Part shown: in pieces, positions 21,403 to 31,505 of the stretch
Layout: the number at the start of each line of letters is the position of its first letter
Position numbering within the stretch: the first letter of the stretch is position 1
From: a virus
DNA length: 64,000 nt
Virus record (IMG/VR): IMGVR_UViG_3300028027_000001
Strand: one strand, 5' to 3'
The notes under the pieces: model-generated
The model's input: the letters and a program-made list of their open reading frames with translations, nothing else
What the model was told of the DNA's origin: nothing
The model's database searches: none
Translations under genes and position numbers: made by a program

Positions 21403-21737
21403 TATTTACCGCTTAATAAATTCATAATTTGATCCATCCCTAATTCTCCATTACCTAAATTCCCATTTACAGGATCACCAACCGCTGATGGGTTGAATTG
21501 GTTAATATCTCTGCTAGTAAAACTCATAGCGGTTTCACCTAAAATATTAGCATATTTTTCTCTAGCATCAAATGTTGGTTGTGTAAATGTTGGTTTATAA
21601 TCAGGTTGTGGTGTATGTGTTTCTTGAATAGATGTTTTAGGAGTTTTGAGTGCTTCTAAAAGGATATCTTTCATTTCGTCACGAATAGCATCACGTACTG
21701 CTTCTTTAATTAATTGTTTAAGTTCTGATGTTTTCAT
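21402..21737 (-). CDS. hypothetical virion protein
   Basis: LKQLIKEAVR N-terminus; late motif upstream. Confidence 0.65.
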   Translation of the reverse strand: MKTSELKQLIKEAVRDAIRDEMKDILLEALKTPKTSIQETHTPQPDYKPTFTQPTFDAREKYANILGETAMSFTSRDINQFNPSAVGDPVNGNLGNGELGMDQIMNLLSGK

Positions 21738-21755
21738 ATGGTTATAAATATTAGA

Positions 21756-22907
21756 TTAATCTGCTTTTAAATTATTGGTTTGAATATAAAATGATAATTC
21801 ATCTATCAATATCTGGTCAATTGAGCTGAAAGACCACTCTCCTTGTAAAAGATTAACACCACTTCTATTTTTTGCAATTGCTCGTTTACGTTTTAGTGGT
21901 TTTTCAGTAATTTCAGTTTCTACAGTTAATGTAAAACCATTTATAGAAGGAGGATTTACTACGGTTTGAGTTTCAGCTTCTTTAGTTAAATCTAGTAATA
22001 TTTGATTTAATATTTCTTGAGATTGGGGTGTATTGGGGGCGCAGTGTTGAATTAGTATATCCAATAAATTCAAGTATTGCATTAATTGGGTTAACGTTTG
22101 ACGTATAGATACTAATACAATTAAGGAACCTGCACTTATGGCACTTAATTTACTAATGGTACCTTCAATTTTTTTGATTGAATCTTGAACTTGAGTTATA
22201 ACATTCATAGGAATACCCACCCCGGCTACCGCTACAGGAACAGGTAGTGCTTTTAGAGTTTTTAAAGCAATATTCATCCCCCCCAACAGACCAGTAGTTA
22301 TACCTAGTGCTTTAGTAGTAGTATCAATGGTATTAGTGGTTAAATTTATTTTTTTATATAATTTATTTTTAGTATTGAGTAGTTGATTTAATATATTACC
22401 AGTAGGACAATTAGAATTATCTACATATCTTTGAATTTCAGATTGGGATTTTGTAATTAAATTATTAACATTTGATATTCCAAATTCAGCTATCATTCCT
22501 ATAGCTATCGGAATTAATTGTGATTTTATATCTTTAACAGTATCACTTAACCGTTTTTGTGAATAATAATTAGCATCTTTTTTAGATTTCAATAATGAAT
22601 CTACTTGAGATGAATCCATTTGGGATGATGTGAGTATATCTTGAGATATATCCTGTTTTAATGGACTTAATTGTTGTACACCTAAATCTGTTTTAATCTC
22701 ACCATCTCCCTTAAATGGTTTAATTTCCTTAGTAGAATAATTAATATAGGATATAGTTATATTATTTGGGAATGAGGGAATATCAATAATAAATTTACCT
22801 TTACTATCAGTTGTTGAAGTTACGGGGATGTCACCATTAAATGAAGATAATTTTACTCCCTTTAATGGTTTATTAGTTAATGAATCTATGACTATTCCTG
22901 ATATCAT
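21756..22907 (-). CDS. virion protein with N-terminal carboxypeptidase-regulatory-like domain and helical hydrophobic region
   Basis: ISGIVIDS.T..PL.GV...TTD..GKF. Confidence 0.65.
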   Translation of the reverse strand: MISGIVIDSLTNKPLKGVKLSSFNGDIPVTSTTDSKGKFIIDIPSFPNNITISYINYSTKEIKPFKGDGEIKTDLGVQQLSPLKQDISQDILTSSQMDSSQVDSLLKSKKDANYYSQKRLSDTVKDIKSQLIPIAIGMIAEFGISNVNNLITKSQSEIQRYVDNSNCPTGNILNQLLNTKNKLYKKINLTTNTIDTTTKALGITTGLLGGMNIALKTLKALPVPVAVAGVGIPMNVITQVQDSIKKIEGTISKLSAISAGSLIVLVSIRQTLTQLMQYLNLLDILIQHCAPNTPQSQEILNQILLDLTKEAETQTVVNPPSINGFTLTVETEITEKPLKRKRAIAKNRSGVNLLQGEWSFSSIDQILIDELSFYIQTNNLKAD

Positions 22908-24079
22908 TTTAATTTGATGTATTTGGATTTTGATTTGTCTAAATTATTTATTATACCCTGAACTACAGATGAGGCATTACTTCCAATTATATTTCCAGCA
23001 GCATCAGGAACTGGGGTTCCTCCGGGGAATATTTGGGAGGTTTCTAGTAGGTTGGCTATTGATTTAACTGAAAAGCATAATTGTTCAATTAAACTTATAG
23101 TAGTATCTCCTAATAGTGCTGGTTCGGTGGCAGATGTTGGGTTTGGCCCCATTTTTATATCATTACTATGAATGTTAAATGAGGGGGAATCCGCATTAAT
23201 ACTCTCGTTAGATGATAAACCCACAGACTTAGCTGCGCTTATTAAAACACTATCAGATTTCGCGTTCAAAACCACCCGATCCGACCACAATATAACTTGA
23301 GGGAAATTGAATGATGATGGAGATATTGGGGGTATTGGATATGAAGTGAAGTCTTCATTAGCTAAACTAAATTTTATTGATTGGTTTGATGTCAAATACA
23401 ATGATGCTAAATCATTTTTAACATCTTCGGAGATAGGTATAAATCCGGATTCATTTGTTTTAGATTGTCCATTTCTGAGTATAGTTATTGGGTTTCCTGT
23501 GTTATTTCCAAATCGTAAACTTTGCCCGTGTCTCCCATATCGGATAATATCTCCAGAATTTTGGGTTAAGGGTTGAATTGGGGATTCAATAAATGTGGGG
23601 GTTGTTTCTGTTAATGGTAATGAATGATTTAATATTCCTGATTCTGTTTTTTTATAATTTTTTATATTAGTTTTAACAGAAGATATATTATTATTTATAG
23701 GTGTTTTATTATTATTTATAGCATTCCCATAAGATGAATGGGGTTGATCATATAACCACATAAACCCATTACTGTTGGGGATATATGTTTTATATAAAGT
23801 TACAAGTTCATCCTTAACAGGTATAGTAATAGTTGTGGTAGATTTTGGTGTAGCCACATATTGAGAACCTATTGTATTTTTTGATATGGAATTACATAAT
23901 ATTGTCCCCAATTGGGTAAACTTATTTCCGTTTACATCTATTATAGGTTCTGGGTTATCTGATGTTATGGTGTGGGTAACCTGGGCTATTATAGTATCAC
24001 TATATTGGGTTGTTTGGGTAGGGGATGGGTTTGAATTGGATTTAACCAATTGGGAAAATCCAAATTTGCTATAGCTCAT
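22904..24079 (-). CDS. baseplate hub/spike (gp5-like) protein
   Basis: OB-fold-like N-terminus, GD....GR.GQSLRFG, beta-helical segment (SDRVVLNAK), EPALLGD. Confidence 0.6.
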   Translation of the reverse strand: MSYSKFGFSQLVKSNSNPSPTQTTQYSDTIIAQVTHTITSDNPEPIIDVNGNKFTQLGTILCNSISKNTIGSQYVATPKSTTTITIPVKDELVTLYKTYIPNSNGFMWLYDQPHSSYGNAINNNKTPINNNISSVKTNIKNYKKTESGILNHSLPLTETTPTFIESPIQPLTQNSGDIIRYGRHGQSLRFGNNTGNPITILRNGQSKTNESGFIPISEDVKNDLASLYLTSNQSIKFSLANEDFTSYPIPPISPSSFNFPQVILWSDRVVLNAKSDSVLISAAKSVGLSSNESINADSPSFNIHSNDIKMGPNPTSATEPALLGDTTISLIEQLCFSVKSIANLLETSQIFPGGTPVPDAAGNIIGSNASSVVQGIINNLDKSKSKYIKLK

Positions 24080-24081
24080 TA

Positions 24082-24417
24082 CTATTTAGGTTGAAAATTT
24101 TTTACTTCGGCTAATAATTGCTTTTTCTCATCTTCAGTCATACCAAACCCTTCATCTTCAGTCTTACCAGTACCTACAGCACGTTGAATGATGGTAGCCA
24201 TTTTTATCAATTGCTCATCATTTTTAAGACCTAATTCCATATATTCTTTAATTAATGGGACTATTAAAGTAGCATCCCCTATATCTGAAATTAATGGTTT
24301 TAATTCACCTATTAAAGCTGATATTTGTTCTTCTTTCTTTTTTTGATTATTATATATCTCTTGAAGTATATCGGAGAATTTTTTCTTCCCAAATATATTA
24401 GTATCTAAACTTCCCAT
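24082..24417 (-). CDS. conserved hypothetical protein
   Basis: Helical ORF; late motif upstream. Confidence 0.7.
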   Translation of the reverse strand: MGSLDTNIFGKKKFSDILQEIYNNQKKKEEQISALIGELKPLISDIGDATLIVPLIKEYMELGLKNDEQLIKMATIIQRAVGTGKTEDEGFGMTEDEKKQLLAEVKNFQPK

Positions 24418-24437
24418 GTTTTATGTATAAATATGAA

Positions 24438-25313
24438 TTAATTAAATTCTATATAATCATTCTCTAAATAAAATACGTAATTCTTTTTAAAGATATCATA
24501 TAGTGAATTAGCTATTTTGGTTATACGTGGTGTTTTAGCTTCAGGAACCATCTCATGAATGTATATATAAAGTGCCTTTTTATTAAATACATCAATTTGG
24601 GATCGTTTTCTAAATAATTCCAATACAGAATCAGCAATTTCTCTATCTTGTGATTTATTAAATAATAATTCAATGTTTGAATTTAGATAATCAACATATT
24701 TTTCAGTGAAAATGAATAATTTATCATCTGGGCTATGTGGGTCTAAAGTGTATGATTGATTATGATCTTGATTCAATTCATCAATTTGAGTTTGATTTGT
24801 CTTTGAATTATATACTTTATTATTATATACAATACACCATCTTTTAACTATAGTCCCAAAATATGAATACGCTTTGGGTGGAGTAAGTTTAGAGAGTTGT
24901 TCTCTACATTCTTTAGATACTGTTAAAGTAGATAAAAATTCATTTATTTGATTTTGGGTTACCTTATCTACATTACCCACAAAGTCAATAAAATTACCAG
25001 TATATTCTTCTTGAAATATTTTAGTAATTATTCTAACTAAGCGATCCTGGATGTTTTGCTTATGGTTATAGAGATGAAGCTTCCCTAAGAGGAATACTTC
25101 AATTTCATGTTGTAGATGTTCTAAATTATCAACTTCAGTGTGATAAAACTTAAACGTATGGATTATATTTTGGGTAAGTTTAAAAAAAGGATAATGAATA
25201 TGTTTTTGATAAATTTTATCCCTTAAAAAAGAATCAGAGGTTTTATTATATAATATAATAGCATCTTCTGTTTCTTGGGTAAAATAATTTTTATCTTTGG
25301 ATTTTTTAGCCAT
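24438..25313 (-). CDS. phage sigma-factor-like transcription protein
   Basis: NYFT...E.AI..YN N-terminus and KAYSYFGTIVKR (sigma region 2-like, as in gp55-type late sigmas). Confidence 0.6.
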   Translation of the reverse strand: MAKKSKDKNYFTQETEDAIILYNKTSDSFLRDKIYQKHIHYPFFKLTQNIIHTFKFYHTEVDNLEHLQHEIEVFLLGKLHLYNHKQNIQDRLVRIITKIFQEEYTGNFIDFVGNVDKVTQNQINEFLSTLTVSKECREQLSKLTPPKAYSYFGTIVKRWCIVYNNKVYNSKTNQTQIDELNQDHNQSYTLDPHSPDDKLFIFTEKYVDYLNSNIELLFNKSQDREIADSVLELFRKRSQIDVFNKKALYIYIHEMVPEAKTPRITKIANSLYDIFKKNYVFYLENDYIEFN

Positions 25314-25317
25314 AGTA

Positions 25318-25599
25318 TTAGGATTGTTTTATATTAAATTCATTTAATATTTCTTGAATTTGTTTAATTCCATCAAATATAACTCCAGTTTCATCATCAT
25401 TAGCAAAAGCACCCATTTGATCTAATTCTTTAATTTTAATATCAGAAACTTCTATTACTCTAGATAGTTTATCTAAATAATCTAAATACCCAGATAATAT
25501 ATCTTCTGATTTTTCTTGTTTTTTTAATAGGTTCCAGGTAGTAAAACCTAAAGTTAAAGTACTAATAGAAAGTACTATAATTAATATTATATAAACCAT
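25318..25599 (-). CDS. single-pass membrane protein
   Basis: N-terminal TM helix followed by coiled coil. Confidence 0.7.
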   Translation of the reverse strand: MVYIILIIVLSISTLTLGFTTWNLLKKQEKSEDILSGYLDYLDKLSRVIEVSDIKIKELDQMGAFANDDETGVIFDGIKQIQEILNEFNIKQS

Positions 25600-25600
25600 A

Positions 25601-26383
25601 TTATAAATTATCTAATAAATTTTTTAAATTATCACTTTTAATAGACCCCAAAGCCTTATTTCGAATATTGTCTTTTTTAGTATTAGTTGGGTGGATTTTT
25701 GGGGTTGATTTAATTGTTTTACTATTTCCTTCTTTTAATTTTCCTAACCATTCTCTCTCAAATTCAATACGGGCAGCCATTAAATCAGCTTGATGAACAA
25801 TAAATGGAAGTGCTGTTCTTGGTTTTTGACCGGGGGTGAATGAAAGGAGATATTTTTTATTTCCTTCATCATATAAACCATCATGGGTTTGAATAGTAAT
25901 CATCTCATTAAATGAATACTGGATATTATGAGATTGGAGTAGAAATAACCCTCTATCAGGGACAGATGCAAATGCTAATTTTTCATTGAACATATAATCT
26001 TCACCTAATTTTTCTTTTCTCCATTGGTCTGTCTGTGGTAAGTATGATTCGTTTTCTTCATCACCTAACTTACCTAAGTCATGATTTAAAGCAGAAAATA
26101 CTAATTCCTCTACAGTATATGTAGAAGTATCAGCTCCATGTTTTTCCCATAATTTATGTTGATCTAATGCACATTCTATTACTCTAATAACATGTTCGCA
26201 ATAACCTCCAGGAAACGCATTGTGGTATTCGCGCTTATGGGCAGCCGGCATCATCATTAAACGCTCGGAAAACTTATTATAGAAATCCAATAATTTTTCT
26301 TTTCTAGGAGACTCGATATATTGTTCAATATATCCTAACAATGTTTCCCAATTTTGTAATATTTCTTCAGGTTTTAAAATCAT
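25601..26383 (-). CDS. HD-domain phosphohydrolase
   Basis: YHNAFPGGYCEH, NHDLGK, HDG, HQAD motifs. Confidence 0.85.
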   Translation of the reverse strand: MILKPEEILQNWETLLGYIEQYIESPRKEKLLDFYNKFSERLMMMPAAHKREYHNAFPGGYCEHVIRVIECALDQHKLWEKHGADTSTYTVEELVFSALNHDLGKLGDEENESYLPQTDQWRKEKLGEDYMFNEKLAFASVPDRGLFLLQSHNIQYSFNEMITIQTHDGLYDEGNKKYLLSFTPGQKPRTALPFIVHQADLMAARIEFEREWLGKLKEGNSKTIKSTPKIHPTNTKKDNIRNKALGSIKSDNLKNLLDNL

Positions 26384-26427
26384 AACTAATTATTTTTAAT
26401 TTAAGACCCAATATACGCTCACCCTAC

Positions 26428-26862
26428 TTAGATACCACGTTTTTTACAAAAATTCTTAATATTTCTTAAATGAGCACATTTTTCATATTCTTCACACATT
26501 TCATAATATGAATTACATAAATCAATACAATCAAAAAATTTTTTATGAGGGATATTAGATAAACAATATTTCCAATCTTCGTTATTTAAATCACACTGTT
26601 CAATCCAATACCAAGCCCTAGCATACATCATAAAATCGCCAGCTTCATTTATATTAGATATATCTAATGAAGCATCAGATTTTGAGAATAAATCTATAAT
26701 TTGGTCTTTAAATATAACCCCATTATTAATTAATTTTATAAACATCCTAATTTTATAATATGGGTTATTTTTAAAATCATCTATTTCATTCTCTATTTGT
26801 TTTTTGGTATTCTCGTTGTTTTCATTAAAGCCGAATAAACCAAATATATTTTCTAAATTCAT
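26428..26862 (-). CDS. hypothetical protein with C-terminal UVR-like helix (EEYEKCA.LR)
   Basis: ORF; motif shared with 57610-57909. Confidence 0.65.
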   Translation of the reverse strand: MNLENIFGLFGFNENNENTKKQIENEIDDFKNNPYYKIRMFIKLINNGVIFKDQIIDLFSKSDASLDISNINEAGDFMMYARAWYWIEQCDLNNEDWKYCLSNIPHKKFFDCIDLCNSYYEMCEEYEKCAHLRNIKNFCKKRGI

Positions 26863-26929
26863 ATAATTATGTGTTTTTTATATTTACGCGTTTAAATTGC
26901 GCATAAAAATAATTACTCTACGATAAATA

Positions 26930-27382
26930 TTATAAGTTAGATCCAACACTAATTATAGTATTAATAGCATCATCCACCCCCATTTTAAAAAATTCTCTTT
27001 TCTTTTTAATTCGGTATTCGGATAAACATTGATGAACCATATATTCTAACTTTTTTCCATCAACACACCTAAAAGCAAAATCAACATCAAATTCATCAGG
27101 AACCCCTGTTGATTTTGATAATATTAATGCTCTATCATATGGGTTAAGGGATGTGTATCCTATTTTTACAATTCCGGGCATGTATTTATTGGTTAAAACA
27201 TACACAAATTGTTCTCCATTTTGACCAGCAAATTCTCTCTTAGGTTTATTAGTATAATATGTGACTTTAGACCACCCATCTTCATCATCAATTGATGTGA
27301 AGTAATGGGGATCCATATGTGAATACCCATCTTCTTCTATGGATATAAATTTTTTTGATTGTTCTAATGTAATATATTTCAT
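26930..27382 (-). CDS. T5orf172/MUG113 family GIY-YIG-like protein
   Basis: VYVLTN..MPGIVKIGYT...R...LS.STGVP..F...E..VH..L...R....REFF. Confidence 0.85.
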   Translation of the reverse strand: MKYITLEQSKKFISIEEDGYSHMDPHYFTSIDDEDGWSKVTYYTNKPKREFAGQNGEQFVYVLTNKYMPGIVKIGYTSLNPYDRALILSKSTGVPDEFDVDFAFRCVDGKKLEYMVHQCLSEYRIKKKREFFKMGVDDAINTIISVGSNL

Positions 27383-27405
27383 AACCTTTATTTTTAATTT
27401 AATTT

Positions 27406-27642
27406 TTAAAACCTAACAGTAGCTCCACCTTTATACCACGGAAGACCTTCACGCCCACGTAAGGCTTTCTTCCATTCCTGGTGTGTCATTCTTACCCCAT
27501 TAATATAATATTCAGCTAATTTTTCATCACCCTGAGGGATCAATGCTGGACCTTCCCAATTATGTAATTTACCATCAAACATGGTAACAACTGTTCCATC
27601 TGCGGTTCTTAATGTTTTGCCTTTTTGATATGTCTTACTCAT
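27406..27642 (-). CDS. hypothetical protein (GKLH..EGPA motif)
   Basis: GKLHNWEGPALI...EYYING. Confidence 0.7.
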   Translation of the reverse strand: MSKTYQKGKTLRTADGTVVTMFDGKLHNWEGPALIPQGDEKLAEYYINGVRMTHQEWKKALRGREGLPWYKGGATVRF

Positions 27643-27731
27643 AATCTTAATTATTTATATACTTAAATATACACCCAATAAAATTAAACCCCAAATAAGA
27701 TTTAACCATTAGGATTGTTATTTTATAATAA

Positions 27732-28085
27732 TTATGGCTCAATAGTTAATGTTATTCCTCCAGTACCCATTATATTTAATTCGCCAACAGACACATTTAC
27801 AGAAGGTGTAAATTTAAATGAATTAGAACCAGAATTTAAACAGAATGATGCTTGATAGAATGAGGATGAAACACCATTAGCAATATTGGTAAAATTGGAA
27901 AAAGAACCAGATAATGATTGTTTACTATTTTGATCATATAATCCACTTGTTGTTTTGAGTGATTCTAATGTGAGATAAGCGCAGAAAGATGGATTATCGA
28001 TAAGGAATGTGTATGTGGTATTTTTTGTTAAAATTGGCGCGTAACTTCCACTACCATTTAATTGTTCTGAAGTATAATTAGTCAT
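27732..28085 (-). CDS. hypothetical protein
   Basis: S/G/T-rich ORF resembling the virion proteins. Confidence 0.6.
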   Translation of the reverse strand: MTNYTSEQLNGSGSYAPILTKNTTYTFLIDNPSFCAYLTLESLKTTSGLYDQNSKQSLSGSFSNFTNIANGVSSSFYQASFCLNSGSNSFKFTPSVNVSVGELNIMGTGGITLTIEP

Positions 28086-28489
28086 ATTTTTTAGAGAATA
28101 TTTCTTTAATTAATAATAATGGGGAAAGGGATAATACTATTATCCCCACTATTAATGCCTCTAACATGTCTTCCATACGTTGTAATAGTTTTCCCATATT
28201 CATAAATATCGAATTATATATGTTTTGTTGGATTTTTTATTTAAAGTGTCTGGGTAATATGGTTTTGGAGTAAAACCTTGTGTTTTGGGGGTGTTTTCAC
28301 AATGGTTTAAGATATGGATTACTACCATAAAATAAAATAGTGCTTTTAGTTTTTTTGTCATTTAATTGTTTTTTAAATTAATACTTTTTTACAATTAAAA
28401 TAACTATTAAAAGGAACAATATTGTTATTCTGGGATAAATATAATAAAAGGAAGAAAGAAACTTGGAGTATTATTTTTTATACTGTATA

Positions 28490-29045
28490 TTAACCATGGG
28501 TTGAAAATAAGGATATAAAGGGTTTAGAGATTAGGGAATAAGGGATGAGTAAATGGGGAGTGGGAACGTAGGATAACATGGGGGTGGAAAATATGGAGAC
28601 ATGTACCCGGTACGGAAAATATGGATAAATGGTTAGGGGTTACTGGGTATTATGTTGGGAAACAGTATATTATATCGGTATATATTTTATCGAGGTAGAG
28701 AAAATTTTTAAAAAGAAGAGATTTAAAATTTATGAATTTTCCACAGAAATGACATTTTGGGGATTTTTATTTGGGTTATGGGGGGATTTATCGTATATTT
28801 AAATTGGGGTTAAAAATGATAATAAAATGGTTGAGGAATAAAGGTTTTTGGGAATTTGGAATAATATGTTTAGGATATAGGGATATACAATGTCGATGGG
28901 TAAGGGTTGTTTGCGATTTATAAAGGCGTCTAATTCACACCCCGCACCACCATATGCGCGTATTGACGCGAACGCACGTGGGATATAATGCGATATATCA
29001 TATATATACCGTACCGCCCATAATATCCAGTACGCATATGGTACG
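28490..29045. other. G-skewed non-coding locus ending in a GC-rich inverted-repeat block; candidate origin or genome terminus
   Basis: No ORF; many GGG runs on the + strand; IR accatatgcg...cgcatatggt (about 28948-29043); sits at the late/early module boundary. Confidence 0.4.
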
Positions 29046-29056
29046 AAGTAGAGAAT

Positions 29057-29290
29057 CTATATCTCTATAGAACCCTCACTCCCAGTATTCTCAATTCCAA
29101 CAATCATATATTGCATGAAATCCCAAACACCAATCCAGTTATCCATTGCTGCCAATGTTTCAGGAGCATTTTCACCTTCCATTATGATTCGATCTTGATA
29201 GATTTCATATAACCATCTCTCACGCTCAGCTAATGCTATAATTAACTGTTCAACACTTAAATTCTTACCATTTACTACTTTCATAACCAT
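29057..29290 (-). CDS. small early hypothetical protein
   Basis: Own promoter at about 29313. Confidence 0.65.
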   Translation of the reverse strand: MVMKVVNGKNLSVEQLIIALAERERWLYEIYQDRIIMEGENAPETLAAMDNWIGVWDFMQYMIVGIENTGSEGSIEI

Positions 29291-29330
29291 ATGTTTTAAC
29301 TTATTTATACTTGAATATACGAACTGGATT

Positions 29331-29501
29331 CTATGATATTGTTACCTTATATCTATCACTCATGAATGTTTCCATCTCCTCACTTAGTGTATTGAATAAG
29401 AAAAATGATTCACTTACAGTCATATCACTAAAATCATAACCCAGGGTTTCCATTATTAATTTAACTGCTTCTAATTTCTCAATTGCGCTTAACTCTTTCA
29501 T
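29331..29501 (-). CDS. small early hypothetical protein (56 aa)
   Basis: Manual translation MKELSAIEKLEAVKLIMETLGYDF... Confidence 0.55.
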   Translation of the reverse strand: MKELSAIEKLEAVKLIMETLGYDFSDMTVSESFFLFNTLSEEMETFMSDRYKVTIS

Positions 29502-29672
29502 AACTATTAATTTAAAAATTTAAATATAAAATATTTAACTACACTTAAAAATCCTACTAACACCACTAAATAAACGATTGAACCTAACATAATATCTATT
29601 TTTAATTATGACTAAATATACGAATTGAATTTAAATGCTTTATGTCCTAACTAATATAAAAATAAAAAGAGG

Positions 29673-29897
29673 CTATATTGCCTCTTTAATATAATTTACT
29701 AATTTTTCTAAACTATTAAAAATATTTAAATCGTCCTCCTCAGTAAATACTTCAAAATCACCCTCTTCCCCAGTTATGAAAATAGAATTATTAATTACTA
29801 ACTCTGTCCCTCCATCAAAATCTCCTTCTATTTTTTGAATTTTAATTTCTACTGCCTTTCCGAAAATTGCTTCTAATTCTAATTTTAAGTCCTTCAT
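29673..29897 (-). CDS. small acidic early protein
   Basis: Promoter upstream, terminator downstream. Confidence 0.7.
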   Translation of the reverse strand: MKDLKLELEAIFGKAVEIKIQKIEGDFDGGTELVINNSIFITGEEGDFEVFTEEDDLNIFNSLEKLVNYIKEAI

Positions 29898-29974
29898 AGC
29901 TTTAATTTTAAATTATTAATATTTATCTTTTTATTATACTTAAATATACGAATTGAATTTAAATTATTTATGTC

Positions 29975-30127
29975 CTAACGTTCCGCTCTCACTAATGCAC
30001 CTTCTTCAAACCAATAGAATTGAAATCTACCATCTTTGTATAATGTAATGTTTGCATCTTCAGTTAGACAACCATCTATATTTTGGATATATTGCTTATT
30101 TTGTTCTATGAATTGATATGCGCTCAT
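29975..30127 (-). CDS. small early hypothetical protein (50 aa)
   Basis: Manual translation MSAYQFIEQNKQYIQNIDGCLTED...; its TAG is fused to the next promoter's AGGAC. Confidence 0.55.
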   Translation of the reverse strand: MSAYQFIEQNKQYIQNIDGCLTEDANITLYKDGRFQFYWFEEGALVRAER

Positions 30128-30160
30128 ATGAATTGATTTTACGTGTTTAAATTATATTGA

Positions 30161-30385
30161 TTAAAGGAGAATTTGAAGAAACTCACTACCTATTTTCACA
30201 CTGTACTCCTGGGATAATGCTTCTAATTGCTCCATATTAATGTCTACCTCAGTTTCAGTAAAATAATATTCATTAAAGTGTTTACGCTGACGAAATGAAT
30301 CTTTTAATTGAGGAATTATGTTAACTATATTTTCCATTTCCCAACCTGCAACCACACTATCATTTATTTCAATTGTTCTTTTCAT
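30161..30385 (-). CDS. small early hypothetical protein
   Basis: Promoter at about 30410. Confidence 0.7.
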   Translation of the reverse strand: MKRTIEINDSVVAGWEMENIVNIIPQLKDSFRQRKHFNEYYFTETEVDINMEQLEALSQEYSVKIGSEFLQILL

Positions 30386-30432
30386 AATATCGCTTTTTAA
30401 TTATACTGGAATATACGAAATAAAAATGGAGA

Positions 30433-30828
30433 TCATTTGACCTCCATATTTTTTAACATATCAATTAAATTAACATCGTTCATTTCAACTTTTGATTTAG
30501 CTGGACGGCCACGACGAATTTCTCCATTTACACGTTTAGCCTCTAACTCAGCTATTCTCAATTGTCGCTTTGAAGTTGGATCAACGGCTCTACCCAATTT
30601 TAATTCACCACTAGCACGTTTAGCCTCTAACTCAGCTATACGCTTTTGTCTCTCACTATCATTTGAAACCGGTCTCCCCTTTTTAATTGTAACACCTGCC
30701 TCTATTTTAGCATTTAACTCAGCTAAACGTTGTTGACGCTTTGATTCAGGGTTTGGTTTACGGCCAGTTTTGATACCTTTAAATGATTTTTTCTCAACTG
30801 CTACCTCTAATACTTCTAACTTTTTCAT
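30433..30828 (-). CDS. basic repeat protein with AT-hook-like GRP motifs (putative DNA-binding)
   Basis: Three repeats of about 28 aa, GR....S.RQ.R(L/I)AEL.AK...G, followed by RRGRPAK. Confidence 0.7.
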   Translation of the reverse strand: MKKLEVLEVAVEKKSFKGIKTGRKPNPESKRQQRLAELNAKIEAGVTIKKGRPVSNDSERQKRIAELEAKRASGELKLGRAVDPTSKRQLRIAELEAKRVNGEIRRGRPAKSKVEMNDVNLIDMLKNMEVK

Positions 30829-30902
30829 AACCTTAATTTTTAAATTTATATTTTCTTATTATGCTTAAATATACGAATTGAATCTCGATTCTATTTACCC
30901 TA

Positions 30903-31223
30903 CTACATTAAGTATTTTGCTTTATTAAAACGTTCCTTACATTCATTAATAAAACTATCTGTAATTAAACCAACACACTCTTCTTCTACCATTGATTCAA
31001 TATCAATTCCCATATCTAACATTTTCTCTTTAAATTGTTTATATGCCTTACCACCATTGATTGGCATCCCCATAAATGTAATATTAACAATATCTGAAAA
31101 CTCAACATCTACTCCTTCATTACTAACTATAATCTGATGTTCAACTGTTGCTTTGAATGATCCATCACCACAAACGATATCGTTTTGAACACTTACAAAC
31201 ATTGATTGATTTACTACTTTCAT
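30903..31223 (-). CDS. early hypothetical protein
   Basis: Promoter plus AAGGTTATG leader. Confidence 0.7.
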   Translation of the reverse strand: MKVVNQSMFVSVQNDIVCGDGSFKATVEHQIIVSNEGVDVEFSDIVNITFMGMPINGGKAYKQFKEKMLDMGIDIESMVEEECVGLITDSFINECKERFNKAKYLM

Positions 31224-31310
31224 AACCTTAATTTTAAATTATTATCTCTTTATTTATACTGGAATATACGAACTATATCTTGTATCGCTTAATCCACCGT
31301 TAAAATTAAT

Positions 31311-31505
31311 CTATTTAAACAATACTACTAATTGTTCCGCTGCTGGAGCATTTTTCAATACTAACTCTTCAAATGAATAACTTGAACTTACCTCAAACGC
31401 AATTTTAACATTGTTATCCCATAACTTGTTAAATTTATTCTTTTTCTCAATCCAGTATAAATCCTTTACTAATTGTTCTTTGCGTAATGTAGCTTCTCTT
31501 TTCAT
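31311..31505 (-). CDS. early hypothetical protein
   Basis: Promoter plus AAGGTTATG leader. Confidence 0.65.
   Translation of the reverse strand: MKREATLRKEQLVKDLYWIEKKNKFNKLWDNNVKIAFEVSSSYSFEELVLKNAPAAEQLVVLFK

Larger units (their letters stand above)
1446..26930 (-). promoter_or_regulatory. dispersed putative late promoter ATATTTAT(A)
   Basis: + strand (t)ataaatat in short intergenic gaps at 1446, 9848, 12537, 19123, 21743, 24426, 26923 (also 28202, 58074). Confidence 0.6.
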
